A stretch of DNA of 64,000 nucleotides from Candidatus Oxydemutator sp. GTDB lineage: Bacteria; Pseudomonadota; Gammaproteobacteria; Poriferisulfidales; Oxydemutatoraceae. The notes beneath the pieces are model-generated. The model made no database searches and was not told where the DNA came from. It worked only from the letters and a program-made list of their open reading frames with translations. Position numbers and translations under genes: made by a program. The stretch is taken from assembly GCA_965203445.1 (NCBI GenBank), contig OZ241883.1, positions 2,314,815-2,378,814 of the forward strand, in the 5' to 3' direction. Positions 33,701 through 48,700 of this stretch are shown in pieces. Each line of letters starts with the position of its first letter. The stretch's first letter is position 1.

Positions 33701-36700
33701 ATTCCCCGTCGGTTTCCCGACCGAGTAACTGGCGTTCACCACCGACGGGGCACGGACTTCTCCCACCAGACCGCCCACGGTGCCTCCGCCGGCATGCACT
33801 TCCACGTCGGCGTAACATGCCACCAACCTACCGTAATTGACCCCTATCAAACCACCCACCCCCCATACGCCGGATATGCGACCGCCACTGACGTAGCTCG
33901 CCACCACTTCGCCCCTGTTCAGGCCCACCAGCGCGCCTATAAAAGTGCTGTGGTCAGCATCCACGGACACCCGCGCGTTGCGCAAGCCCACGTTGCGGAT
34001 TGTGCCGGTGGCGCTCACGGCGCCGAACAAACCCGTGTGAGAGAACCGTCCATCCCTGGCCACCCGCATATTGCTGATGACGTGGCCGTTGCCTTCAAAA
34101 ACAGCGGTGTAATAATCATCATCCAGAAGGGCGTTAACCCCCCCGCCTATCGGCGTCCAGCCCGGGCCCGGGGCCGGTTCCACGCTGGACAAATCCAGGT
34201 CGGCCGATAACTCGTAGCCGGTGCACGTGGTGGGGCAGGTCTGCTCCATGCCGAAAGCGGGAAACGCCGCCAGATAATCATCCCTGTTCGCCTTGCCCAC
34301 CACGCCCGCCAACCCGACACCGCCCAGGTCGTGGCGGATCGCCGCCAACTGCGACGTTGTCGCCACCTCTATCAAGGTGTCATTGTCGAAGTCGTAGTCT
34401 ATCGCGCCGCTTGCCTCGATCGTGGTCCTGACGGAAGCCGGCACTCCTAAACTCACGTGCGCAGGCGCCCCCGTGAGCCTCGCGCCCGTCAACGTTACCA
34501 CCAGTACCTCGGACAACTCGGGCTCGTCGTCGTCGCGCACCCTGACCGAAAACGACGCGCTGACGGCGCCCGAGGCGATGGCCACGTTGCCCGTGGTCGC
34601 GCCGACAAAGTCGGCGATGCCGACTTCGCCGCCGCTCACCGACCAATCCCAACGCGCGCTCACCCCCGGCGGCAAGGCCATCGGCAAACGCACCACGTAA
34701 CTCGCGGTGCCGCCTTCCGACACCGTCGCGCTGCCGGTGAACGTCACCGCAAGACTTATCTCCGGCTGCGCCTCCTGCTGCAACGTGCGACGCGCCGCCT
34801 CCGTGTCGGTAGCCCCGCCGAACACCAGCACCGGGTAATCGAACACGCTGCCGAAGTCCCACGGACTGTCGTCGTTCAAGTCGTCGTCGCCGCCCTGATC
34901 CACGCCGTCCACGTCCAACTTGTCCCAACCGGCGTAGATCGTGCCCGCGGCCGTCGTCGGGGCGCGCAACTGGTTTGACGTCTTCGGGGCGACGTTGTCC
35001 GTATCACCCGGCGCCGTTCCGCAGCAACTGGTCTGGAGGCTGCGCCCCGTATCAAAATAACTGGACTCCACCACGGCGCCGGCCAGCCTCTGCCCTATCA
35101 AGCCGCCGGCCGTGGCCCCCGTCAGTTTCCCGACGGAGTAACTGGCGCTCATCACCGACGCGCCACCGGCTTCGCCCACCAGACCGCCCACGTTGGCTCC
35201 CTCTGCTGTATGCACTTCCACGTTGGCGTAACTCGCCACCAACCTGCCGAAGTTGCCCCCTATCAAGCCACCCACCGCCCATACGCCGGATATGCGACCG
35301 CCACTGACGTAACTCGCCACCACTTGGCCCTCGTTGCGGCCCACCAGCGCTCCTATATAAGTGCTATGGGCAACTACGGACACCCACGCGTTACGCAAGC
35401 CCACGTTGCGGATGGTGCCGACGGCGCTGACGGCGCCGAACAAACCCGTGTGAGACAACCGTCCATCAGCCCTGACCACCCGCATATTGCTGATGACGTG
35501 GCCGTTGCCTTCAAAAACAGCGGTGTAATAATCATCATCCAGAAGGGCGTCCCCCCCCCCGCCTATCGGCGTCCAGCCCGGGCCCGGGGCCGGTTCCACG
35601 CTGGACAAATCCAGGTCGGCCGATAACTCGTAGCCGGTGCACGTGCTGGGGCAGGTCTGCTCCACGCCGAAAACGGGAAACGCCGCCAGATAATCATCCC
35701 TGTTCGCATCGCTCACGCCCGCCAACCCGGCACCGCCCAGGTCGTAGCGGATCGCCGCCAACTGCGACGTCGTCTCCACGTCTATCAAGGTGTCATTGTC
35801 AAAGTCGTAGTCTATCTCGCCGCCCGCCTCGATCGTGGTCCTGACGGAAACCGGCACGCCTAAACTCACGTGCGCAGGCGCCCCCGTGAGCCTTGCGCCC
35901 GTCAACGCCACCACCAGAACCTCGGACAACTCGGGCTCGTCGTCGTCGCGCACCCTGACCGAAAACGACGCGCTGACGGCGCCCGAGGCGATGGCCACGT
36001 TGCCCGTGGTCGCGCCGACAAAGTCGGCGGCGCCGACTTCGCCGCCGCCCACCGCCCAATCCCAGCTCGCACTCACCCCCGGCGGCAAGACCATCGGCAA
36101 GCGCACCACGTAACTCGCGGTGCCGCCTTCCGACACGGTCTCGCTCCCGGCGAGCGTCGGTACCAGTAGCGCCAGCGCCCTCTGCTGCGATAGGCGACGC
36201 GCCGCCCTCGTCTCGGTAGCGCCGCCGAACACCAGCACCGGGTAATCGAACACGCTGCCGAAATCCCACGGACTGTCGTCGTTGTAGTCGCGGTCGTCTC
36301 CCTGATCCACGCCGTCCACGTTCAACTTGTCCCAGCCAGCGTAGATGGTGCCCGCGGCCGTGGTCGGGGTGCGCAACTCGCTCGACGTCTTCGAGGTGCG
36401 GTCCGGATCCGGCGCATTGAATCCGCAGCAACGGTCCTGGCCGCTGCGCCCCGCGTCAAAATAACTGGACTCCACCACGGCGCCGACTGGCATATTCCCT
36501 ATCAAGCCGCCACTCGGGAGAGAACCCCCCGTCGTTTTCCCGACCGAGTAGCTGGCGCTCACCACCGACGCGAAACCGGCCACCCCTACCAGACCACCCG
36601 CGTTACTTGCATCTGCATGCACTTCCACGTCGGCGTAACTCGCCACCAATCTGCCGTTATGATTTCCTATCAAACCGCCCACGTACAATTCGCCGGATAT

Positions 36701-39700
36701 GCGACCGCCACTGACGTAACTCGCCGCCACTTCGCCCTCGTTGGTTCCCACCAGCGCACCTATATGATTGCCATCACTGCCCAGGTCCACCCGCGCGTTA
36801 CGCAAGCCCACGTTGCGGATCCTGCCGTCGGCGCCTACGGCACCGAACAAACCCATGTGATACCATTGCCCACTCCTGGCCATCCGCAAATTGCTGATGA
36901 CGTGGCCGTTGCCTTCAAAAACGGCGGTGTAATAATCCACCGGAGAGTCGTCACGCGGGATGCCCCCGCCTAGCGGCGTCCAGCCCGGGCCCGGAGCCGG
37001 TTCCACACCGGACAGGTCCAGGTCGGCCGATAATTCGTAGCCGGTGCACGTGCTGGGACAGGTCAACCTTTCGTCGAAAAAGGGAAACGCCGCCAGATAA
37101 TCATCCCTGTTGGCATCGCTCACGCCCGCCAACCCGGCACCGCCCAGGTCGTAGCGGATCGCCGCCAACTGCGACGTCGTCTCCACGTCTATCAAACCGT
37201 CGGCGTCGTCGTCGTAATCCGTCCCGCTGCTCGCCTCGATGATGGTCCTGACGGAAGCAGCCGGCACGCCTAAACCCACGTGCGCAGGCGCCCCCGTGAG
37301 CCTCGCGCCCGTCAACGTTACCACCAGTACCTCGGACGACTCGGGAGCGGCGTCATCGCGCACCCTCAGCGAAAACGACGCGCTGCTTGCGCCGGAGCCG
37401 ACGACCACGGTGCCCGTGATCGCACCGACAAAGTCGGCGATGCCGACTTCGCCGCCGCCCACCGCCCAATCCCAACGCGCGCTCGCCCCCGGCGGCAGGA
37501 CCACCGGCAGGCGCACCACGTAACTCGCGGTGCCGCCTTCCGACACGGTCTCGCTCCCGGCGAGCGTCGGTACCAGTAGCGCCAGCGTCTCCTGCTGCGA
37601 TATGCGACGCGCCGCCCTGGTCTCGGTAGCGCCGCCGAACACCAGCACCGGGTAATCGAACGCGCTGCCGAAATCCCACGGACTGTCGTCGTTCAAATCG
37701 CCGTCGCGCCCCTGATCCACGTCGTCCACGTTCAACTTGTCCCAGCCCGCGTAGATGGTGCCCGCGGCCGTGGTCGGCGTGCGCAACTGGTGTGACGCCT
37801 TCGATCCGCAGCAATCACTCTGGACGCCGCGCTCTTTGTCAAAATAACTGGACTCCACCACCGAGGTGCGAAACCCACTCCCTATCAAGCCGCCAATCGG
37901 GGGAAAAATTCCCGTCACTCTCCCGACCGAGTAGCTGGCGCTCACCACCGACGCGGGACCGGCGGCCTGGCCTACCAGGCCGCCCACTGTACTGAATGCA
38001 TACACTGCCACGTCGGCGTAACTCGCCACTACCCTGCCGGAGTTAATCCCTATCAAGCCGCCCACCGCATATCCGCTGGATATGCGACCGCCACTGACGT
38101 AGCTCGCCGCCACTTTGCCCCGGTTGTCTCCCACCAGCGCGCCCACAAAAGGGCTTTGGCCAGGGCCAGAGGCCGCCACCTCCACCCGCGCGTTACGCAA
38201 GCCCACGTTGCGGATTGTGCCGCTGGCACTCACGGCACCGAACAAACCCACCTGATACCACTCCTCGTCCCTATTTACCCGCAAATTGCTGATGACGTGG
38301 CCGTTGCCTTCAAAAACAGCGGTGTAGTAATCCCCTGGAAAGTCTTGAACCTCAACCCCCCCGCCTAGCGGCGTCCAGCCCGGCCCCGGGTGCGGCTCCA
38401 CGCTGGACAAATCCAGGTCGGCCGATAACTCGTAGCCGGTGCACGTGCTGGGACAGGTCTGCCTCCTGCCGAAAGAGGGAAACGCCGCCAGATAAGCGGC
38501 CCTGTTTGCATCGCCGCTCACGCCCGCCAACCCGACACCGCCCAGGTCGTGGCGGATCGCCGCCAACTGCGACGTCGTCGCCACCTCTATCAAGGTGTCA
38601 TCGTCAACGTCGTAGTCCATCATGCCGCTCGCCTCGATCGTGGTCATCACGGAAGAAACCGGCACGCTGAGACTCACACGCGCAGGCGCCCCCGTGATCT
38701 CCGCATTGCTCAACGTTACCACCATAACCTTGGACGACTCGGTAACGTCGTCGTCGCGCACCCTCAACGAAAACGACGCGCTGAGGGCGCCGGAGCCGAT
38801 GACCACGCTGCCTGCGGTCGTGCCGACAAAGTCGTCGTCGCCGACTTCGTCGCCACCCACCGACCAATCCCAATGCGCGCTCGCCCCCGGCGGCAAGGCC
38901 CCGGGCAAACTCACCACGTAACTCGCGATGCCGCCTCTCGATACCGTCACGCTCCCGCCCAGCGTCGGCGTCAGAGTCACCGCGGGCTGCGCCTGCTGCT
39001 GCGACGTGCGACGCGCCATCCTTGTGCCGGCAGAGCCGCCGAACACCAGCACCGGGTAATCGAACACGGTGCCGAAGTCCCACGGACTGTCGTCGTTCAA
39101 CGTCAAAACGCCCATGACCGTGCTCGACGTATCGTCCACGTTCAGCCGATCCCAGCCCTCGTAGATGGTGCCCGCCGCGGTGGTCGGGGTGCGCAAATCG
39201 TTCGACGTCTTCGGGGCGTCGTCCGGACTCGGCCATCTCTCTCCGCAGCATCGCTCCTCGCCGCTGCGCCCGCTGTCGAAGTAACTTGCGCTCAATACGC
39301 TGCTTCCCGAGCGCCCGCCCACCAGACCGCCTACCGTACGTGAATTGGTGCTTCTCACCACCCTGCTCACCGAGTAACTCGCGCTCACCACCCCGGAACC
39401 AGACAAACTGCCCACCAATCCGCCCAATGACCGATCCGTCGCAGCCACCGATACGTCCGCGTAACTCGCTATCAACGTGCCGCCGTTGGCCCCCGTCAGG
39501 CCCCCTACCTCCCAACCGCCGCTCACCGATCCACCCGACACGTAACTCGCCGCCACCCGCCCATAACTATGACCCACCAAGGCGCCCGCTCCTATGCTAC
39601 CGCTGTAGCCTCCCCGCACGTCCACGACCACGTCCCGCAGACCCACGCCCCGCACCCACCCGGCCTCGCCCAACGCGCCGAACAAGCCGACGTAATGCCA

Positions 39701-42700
39701 ATTCTGCGACGGGCTGCGGACACGCATGTTCCTGATCACGTGACCGTTGCCCTCGAAGCCCCCCTGGTAGCGGCCGTCCAGGGGCGGGGTGTTGCTGTTG
39801 TCCGGCCCCACCCGGCTGCGCCGAGTAGCGCCGCCTATCGGCGTCCAGTCCGCGTCGGACAGATCCAGGTCGTTCGACAGCTCGTAGCCGGTGCACGTGC
39901 TGGGACAAGTCTTCGCCTCGTCGAAGAGATCGAACGCCGCCAGATAATCAGCCTCGTTCGCACTGCTGACGCCCGCCAACCCGACGCCGCCCAAGTCATA
40001 GCGTATCGCCGACAACTGCGACGTCGTCGCAACCTCTATCAGATTATCGCCGTCGGCGTCATAATTGGTTCCACCGAACGCGATGGAACTGACGACGGAC
40101 GAACTGGCGTCGCTCAAACGCAAGTTGTCCGGGCCCTGCACATTGCTCAAGCGCACGCGGAACGTCTCCGGCACTTCCGACACGTCGTCATCCCCGACGG
40201 TTATCCTGAAAACCGCGCTGTCGGTGTTGACCAGGGTTACCGTCCCTCTGGTCGCCTCGGTAAAATCGGCCGCATCGGCGTGGCCCGCGCCGACGCCGGT
40301 CAACTCCACGGACCAACTCAACGTAACCGGGTCGGCTCCGCGACCGTCCAATTCCACCGCATACTCGACCGCCGAACCCTCCGGTGTCGCTCCGATAGTT
40401 CGCTGCGACAGCGTCGCTAATACCGGCGGCTGCCCCCGTCGCTGCACGCGGGTAGCGGTGGTATTGCCGTCGAGATAACGCGCGCTTACGCCGCGCAGCA
40501 CCGGATAATCAAAACCCGTCCCGAAATCCCACGGACTGTCGTCGTTCAAGTCGTCGTCGCCGTTCTGATCCACGCCGTCCACGTCCAACTTGTCCCAACC
40601 GGTGTAGAAGTCGTCCGCCGCGATCGGGGTGCGCAACTCGGCGGACGTCTTGCGCGTGTCGCGGTCCGTCGACGGCGGGTTATGGCCGCAACACGACGAC
40701 TCCCCGCTGCGCTCGCCGTCAAAGTAACTCGACTGAATCTCCAGAGGAATCACCAAAGAAGGTTGCTCTTGAAAAAGTTGACGATACCCTACCAGACCGC
40801 CTCTATGAGGATCGCCGCCGCTCGGAACCCCTATCGTGTAGCTGGCGCTCACTATGGAACCGCCGCCGTCGTCGTTGCCTATCAAACCGCCCACTCTCTG
40901 AGCATTGGCCACGCCGTGCGCCGACACGGCGCTATAACTGGCAATCACAATTCCCCCGCCCACGCCGCCCACCAGACCCCCGGTCGCCCAGAAACCACGC
41001 ACGGAACCGTTCACCGCGTAACTCGCCGCTATCTTGCCAAAGTTATATCCCGCCAACGCGCCCACCCACACGCTGGGGGGGGCACTCACGTTCACGCCCT
41101 CCATGCCTACGTTGCGGATTACGCCGGTGCTGCTCAGGATGCTGAACAAGCCCATGTAATCATCACGCTCGCCGTCGCGCCGTATCCTCATATTCCTGAT
41201 GACGTGGCCGTTGCCTTCGAATACGGCGCCGTAGCTGATGTGTAGCGGCCGCTGTTGCCAACTCGACCAGCCAGGCGACCCCTGCGTAATGCCCCCGCCT
41301 ATCGGCGTCCAATTCCGCACGCTCGACAGGTCTACGTCGTTCAGCAATTCGTAGCCCTTGCAGGTGTTCGGACACGTCGCACTCTCGTCAAAAGAGGGAA
41401 ACGCCAAGTCATAATCAGCCAGGTCTTCATCATCCACGCCGAGCCGGCCCTCGCCTCTCAAGTCATAGTGTATCGCCGCCAACTGCGTCGTCGTCCTGAC
41501 CTCTATCAGACCGTCATCGTTGGCGTCATAATCCATACCCCCGCTCGAGGCGATGGTGCTTACGACCGCGGAACTGACGGTGCTCACACGCAAATTGTCC
41601 GCGCCTTGCACGTTGCTCAAGCGCACGCGGAACGTCTCTCTCGGCTCCTCCGCCTCGTCCCCCGCTATCGCCACCCTGAAAACCACGCTGTCGGTGTCGA
41701 CCAGGGTTATCGTCCCCGCGGTCGCGGGAAAATCGGCCGCATCGGCGTGGCCGTCGCCGTCGCCGGTCAATTCCACGGACCAACTCAACGTAACCGGGCT
41801 GGCACCGTGACTATCCAATTCCACCACATACTCGGCCGCCGAACCCTCCGCTATCGCTCCGATAGTTCGCTGCGACAGCGTCGCTAATACCGGCGGCTGC
41901 CCCCGTCGCTGCACGCGGATAGCGGTGGTATTGCCGTCGGGATAACGCGCGCTTACGCCGCGCAGCACCGGATAATCAAAACTTGTCCCGAAATCCCACG
42001 GACCGTCGTCGTTCAAGTCGTCGTCGCCGCCCTGATCCACGCCGTCCACGTCCAACTTGTCCCAACCGGCGTAGATGCCGTCCGCCATCGTCGGGGCGCG
42101 CAACTGGACGGACGTCCGCGGCGTCTCGTCCGGCGACGGCGCGGTCGTGCCGCCGCAGCATGACGACTCCCCGCTGCGCTCGCTGTCAAAGTAGCTCGAC
42201 TGGATCTTCACCGTGGATTCACGATGCCCTATCAAACCGCCTCTATGAGAACCCCCGCCGGTCGGTTTCCCTACCGTGTAGCTGGCACTCACTATGGAAT
42301 CGCCCGTGCCGGTGCCTATCAAACCACCCGCTCTTTGCCCCACGCCGTGCACCGCCACGTCGCTATAACAGGCAATCACAATTCCCCCTTTCATCTCGCC
42401 CACCAAACCGCCTACATCCCAGGAACCGCTCACCGTCCCGCTCACCGCGTAACTCGCCGCTATCTTGCCGTAGCTGACCCCCACCAACGCGGCTACCCCC
42501 TCGCTGTCGGGTGCGTTCACGTTCACGTTCTCCATGCCTACGGAACGAATTACGCCGGTGTTGCCCAAGGTGCCGAACAAGCTCACGTAATCATAGCGGT
42601 TACCGCTGTCGCGCGTTATCTTCATATTCCTGATGACGTGGCCGTTGCCTTCAAAAACGCCTTCGTAGCGGATGGACGTCGGGTACTGGTTCCAAGATCC

Positions 42701-45700
42701 CGTCCACGCGGGCGACGCCGGCGAATACCCCCCGCCTATCGGCGTCCAATTCTGCACGCTCGACAGGTCTATATCGTTCAACAATTCGTAGCCCTTGCAG
42801 GTGTTCGGACACGTCGCACTCTCATCGAAAGAGGGAAACGCCAAGTCATAATCGGCCAGGTCTTCATCATCCACGCCGATCTTGCCCTCGCCCCTCAAGT
42901 CATGGTGTATCGCCGCCAACTGCGTCGTCGTCCTGACCTCTATCAAACCATCACCGTCGACGTCATAATCCATCCCCTCGCTCGAGGCGATGGTGCTTAC
43001 GACCGCGGGACTGACGGTGCTCAAACGCAAATTGTCCGGGCCCTGCAAATTGCTTAAACGCACGCGGAACGTCTCTCTCGGCTCATCCATCGCGTCCCCC
43101 GCTATCGCCACCCCGAAAACCGCGCTGTCGGTGCCCGCCAGAACCACCTCACCGCTCGTCGCCCCGTCAAAATCAGCCGCATCGGCGTGGCCGTCACCGT
43201 CACCGGTCAATTCCACGGACCAACTCATCGTCACCACGTCGTCGCTGTGGCCATCCAATTCCACCGCGTACGTCGCCGCAAAACCCTCCACGACCACCTT
43301 GCGGCCTCGCTGCGACAACGTCGCCAATACCGGCGGCTGCCCCCGTCGCTGCGCGCGGGTAGCGGTGGTATTGCCGCGGGGATAACGCGCGCTTACGCCG
43401 CGCAGCACCGGATAATCAAAACCCGTCCCGAAATCCCACGGACTGTCGTCGTTCAACGTCAAAACGCCCATGACCGTGCTCGACGTATCGTCCACGTTCA
43501 GCCGATCCCAACCCTCGTAGATGGTGCCCGCCGCCATCGTGGGAGCGCGCAACTGGGAGGAAGTCCTGGGCGCGTTGTCCGGAGTTGGTTTATTGCTTCC
43601 GCAACACGCGGACTGGCCGCTGCGCCCTTCGTCAAAATAGCTTGTCTGTATCGTACCGGAAATATAGTCCCCCACCAGACCGCCGGATGGAGATCCTTGC
43701 AGGCCGTGCAGCCTGCTCAGCCTCGAGATTGCGTAGCTGGCACTGACTATGCCCCCGTTCTCAACGGCGCCTATCAACCCCCCGACGTTTCGCCCCGGCG
43801 GCCACTGATGCACCCGCACGTCCGCATAACTGGCAATCACGACGCCCCCGTCCAATCTGCCTACCAGAGCACCCAAAGACCAACCACCGCGCACTTGTCT
43901 GACGTCGCCCACCACGTAACACGCCGCCACTTTGCCCGCGTTGTATCCCACCAACGCGCCCGCCCCCAGGCTGCTGCCGGCCATGTCCGTATGCACGTTG
44001 TTCAAGCCCACGTTGCGGATTCTGCCTGTGACGCCCACGGCACCAAAAAAGCCCACGTTATCAAACCGGTCGGCTGCATTGTTTGCGCTGCGGATCGTTA
44101 CATTGCTGATGACGTGGCCGTTGCCTTCAAAAACGGCCTGGTAACGTCTGTCCGGGGGAGGAGTACCCCAAGGAGCCTGTGTAAGCCCCCCGCCTATCGG
44201 CTTCCAGTTCGATATGCCGGACAGATCCAGGTCGTTCGACAGCTCGTAGCCGGTGCACGTGGTGGGACAGGTCCTCCTCTGATCGAAAGAGGGAAACGCC
44301 GCCAGATAGGCGAGCACGTTCGCACTGCCCACGCCCGTCAGCCCGGCGCCGCCGAGGTCGTGGCGGATCGCCGACAACTGCAACGGCGTCGCCACCTCTA
44401 TCAAGGTGTCGCCGTCGGTGTCGTAATCTATCTCGTCGCTCCTTTCGATGACGCTGACGACGGCGGAACTGGCGGCGCTCAACCGCAGCCCGCCCAAACC
44501 CCTCGGATTGCTCAAGCGCACGCGGAACGTCTCCGTCGTTTCCGACGCGTCGTCATCCCTGATGGTTATCCTGAAAACCGCGCTGTCGGTGCCGACAAGA
44601 ACCACCTCGCCGCTCGTCGCACCGTCAAAATCCAACGCATCGGCGTGGCCCAAGCCTGTGCCGGTCAACTCCACCGACCAACTCATCGTCACCGCACCGG
44701 CGCCGTAAGCGCCCAACGTCACCGCGTACTCCGCCGCCTCGCCCTCCAATTTTCTTCCTTCGTCCTGCGACAACGTCACCAATACATCGGCTGCCGTACG
44801 CTGCGCCAGGACGCCGGTGGTGTTGCCGTTCGGGTAACGCGCGCTTATCCCGCGCAGCACCGGATAATCCAGATTCGTCCTAAAATCCCACGGGTTGTCG
44901 TCGTTCAACGTCTCCATGCCCATGACCGTGCCCGTCGTATCGTCCACGTTCAGACCGCCCCAAGCGGCATAAATACCCTCGGCCGTGACCGGCGAGCGCA
45001 ACTCCCGGGTCGTCTTGACCGTCGTCGCCGACACGTTCGTACCGCCCGACGATAATCCGCTGCTATCCGTATCAAAGTAACTGTTCTCTATCAAGTCCGA
45101 TGCAGCTGTGTTATTGCCCACCAAACCGCCAATGTGCCGAGGCTCGGAAATGGGCCAGTTGGCACCCGTCAGCCCCACATTTCCCAATGAATAACTCGCT
45201 ATGATCTTCCCGCCGGAGGCGTTACCACCCACCAGACCACCGGCCTCGGATCCAGGAAACCACACGGTCACGTCGGCGTAACTGGCTATGATCGTCCCCC
45301 CCACGTTGCTATTCACCAGACCACCCACTCCCCAAGCGCCCTTGACACTACCGCCCGCCACGTAACACGCCGCCACCTTGCCGCCGTAGTTGGCCGCCGC
45401 CAACGCGCCCGTCTGTATGCTGTTCCGGCTCACGGACACGTTCACATTCGCCAAACCTACGTTGCGGATGACGCCGTCACCGCCCAAAGCGCGGAACAGG
45501 CCCACGAAATCATAGCGAGAAGCCGTATGTTCATTGCCATATACCATCTTCATATTCCTGATGACGTAGCCGTTGCCCTCGAACACCGCGTTGTAACGGT
45601 GCTCCTCAGGCAGCACGTCGTTGGAAAACCCGGTTCGCGCACCGCCCCCTATCGGTTCCCAGTTCTCGTCGGACGGCAGATCTATTTCGTTCAGCAATTC

Positions 45701-48700
45701 GTAGCCCTTGCAGGTGTTCAGACACGTCGCACTCTCGTCAAAAGAGGGAAACGCCCGGTCATAATCAGCCAGGTCTCCATCACCTACGCCGAGCCGGCCC
45801 TCGCCTCTCAAGTCATAGCGTATCGCCGCCAACTGCGTCGTCGTCCTGACCTCTATCAGACCGTCATCGTTGGCGTCATAATCCATCCCTCCGTTCGAGG
45901 CGATGGTGCTCACGACCGCGGAACTGACGGTGCTCAAACGCAAACCACCCAGGCTTGGCAAATCGCTCAAGCGCACGCGGAACGTCTCTCTCGGTTCCAT
46001 CGCCTCGTCCCCCGCTATCTCCACCCTGAAAACCGCGCTGCCGGTGTTGACGAGCACCACCTCGCCGCTCGTCGCCCCGTCAAAATCAGCCGCATCGGCG
46101 TGGCCGTCACCGTCACCGGTCAATTCCACGGACCAACTCACCGTCACCACGTCGGCAACGCCATTACGAAGTTCCACCGCGTACGTCACCGCAGAACCCT
46201 CCGTTATCACCTCGTCGCCCCGCTGCGACAACGTCGCCAATACCAGCGGCTGCCTCTGGTGCTGCGCGCGGATAGCGGTGGTATTGCCGGCGGGAAAACG
46301 TTCGCTTTGGCCGTGCAACACCGGGTACTGAAAAGGACTCCCGAAATCCCACGGACTGTCGTCGTTCAACGTCAAAACGCCCATCACCGTGCTCGACGTA
46401 TCGTCCACGTTCAGCCGATCCCAACCGGCGTAGATGCCGTCCGCCGCCGTCGGGCTGCGCAACTGGACGGTCGTCTGCGGCGTCTCGTCCGGCGACGGCG
46501 GGTTATGGCCGCAGCATGACGACTCCTCGCTGCGCTCCAGGTCAAAGTAGCTTGACTGAATCTCCATGGATGTACGATACCCTATCAAACCGCCTCTATC
46601 TGGCCCCCCGCCGGTCGGTTTCCCTATCGTGTAGCTGGCGCTCACTACGGAATTGCCCGTGTCGCTGCCTATCAAGCCGCCCGCTCTTTCACCCGCGCCG
46701 TGCACCCTCACGTTGCTATAACCGGCAATCACAATTCCCCCGCTCATCTCGCCCACCAGACCACCTACCGCCCAGGAACCGCTTACCGACCCGCCCGCCA
46801 CGTAACTCGCCGCTATCTTGCCGAAGTTATATCCCACCAGCGCCCCCACCCCCACGCTGTTGGGGGCACTCACGTTCACGTTCTCCATGCCTACCGAACG
46901 GATTACGCCGTCGGCGCCCAAGATACCGAACAAGCCCACGTAATCAGAGCGAGCACCGCTGCGCGTCAGATTCATATTCCTGATGACGTGGCCGCGACCT
47001 TCGAATACGGCGTTGTAGCGGAGGGATTCCGGCTGCATGTTCCAGCCATCCCACACGGACAACGCCTGTGCATACCCTCCGCCTATCTGCTTCTCCGCCC
47101 AGTTCGGCACGCTCGACAGGTCTATGTCGTTCGACAATTCGTAGCCCCTGCAGGTGTTCAGACACGTCGCACTCTCATCGAAAGAGGGAAACGCCAAGTC
47201 ATAATCAGCCAGGTCTTCATCATCCACGCCGAACCGGCCCTCGCCCCTCAGGTCATGGCGTATCGCCTCCAACTGCGTCGTCGTCCTGACCTCTATCAGA
47301 CCGTCATCGTTGGCGTCATAATCCATCCCCCCGTTCGAGGGGATGGTGCTTACGACCGCGGAACTGACGGTGCTCAAATACAAATTATCCGGGCCTTGCA
47401 AATTGCTTAAACGCACGCGGAACGTCTCTCTCGGCTCCATCGCCGCGTCCCCCGCTATCTCCACCCTGAAAACCACGCTGTCGGTGTTGACCAGAACCAC
47501 CTCACCGCTCGTTGCCCCGTCAAAATCAGCCGCATCGGCGTGGCCGGCAACGCCGCCGGTCAATTCCACGGACCAACTCATCGTAACCGGTTCGGCAGCG
47601 CGACTACCCAGTTCCACCGCGTACGTCGCCGCAAAACCCTCCACGACCACCCTGCGGCCTCGCTGCGACAACGTCGCCAATACCGGCGGCTGCCTCTGGC
47701 GCTGCACCCGGGTAGCGGTGGTATTGCCGGCGGGATAACGTTCGCCTTGGCCATGCAACACCGGGTACTGAAGACTACTCCCGAAATCCCACGGGCTGTC
47801 GTCGTTCAACGTCAAAACGCCCATGACCGTGCCCGTCGTATCGTCCACGTTCAGCCGATCCCAACCGGCGTAGATGCCGTCCGCCGCAATCGGGGCGCGC
47901 AACTTGGCGGGCGTCTGCGGCGTCTCGTCCGGCGACGGCGCGGTCGTGCCGCCGCAGCATGACGACTCCCCGCTGCGCTCGCTGTCAAAGTAGCTTGACT
48001 GGATCTTCACCGCGGACCCACGATGCCCTATCAAACCGCCTCTATGAGAACCCCCGCCGGTCGGTTTCCCTACCGTGTAGCTGGCGTTCACTACGGAGCT
48101 GCCTTCGCCGGTGCCTATCAAACCACCCGCTCTTTGCCCCACGCCGTGCACCGCCACGTCGCTATAACTGGCAATCACAATTCCCCCTTTCATCTCGCCC
48201 ACCAAACCGCCTACATCCCAGGAACCGCTCACCGTCCCGCTCACCGCGTAACTCGCCGCTATCTTGCCGTAGCTGACCCCCACCAACGCGGCTACCCCCT
48301 CGCTGTCGGGTGCGTTCACGTTCACGTTCTCCATGCCTACGGAACGAATTACGCCGGTGTTGCCCAAGGTGCCAAACAAGCTCACGTAATCATAGCGGTT
48401 ACCGCTGTCGCGCGTTATCTTCATATTCCTGATGACGTGGCCGTTGCCTTCAAAAACGCCTTCGTAGCGGATGGACGTCGGGTACTGGTTCCAAGATCCC
48501 GTCCACGCGGGCGACGCCGGCGAATACCCCCCGCCTATCGGCGTCCAGTTCCCCACGCTCGACAGGTCCACGTCGTTCCACAATTCGTAGCCCCTGCAGG
48601 TTGTGGCGCAACCCATGTTCGGCCGCGCGCTCGGGAACGCGGCGGTGTACGACGTGACGCGCGCCTGGTCGTCGGGCATACCGTCGCCGTCCAAATCCCA

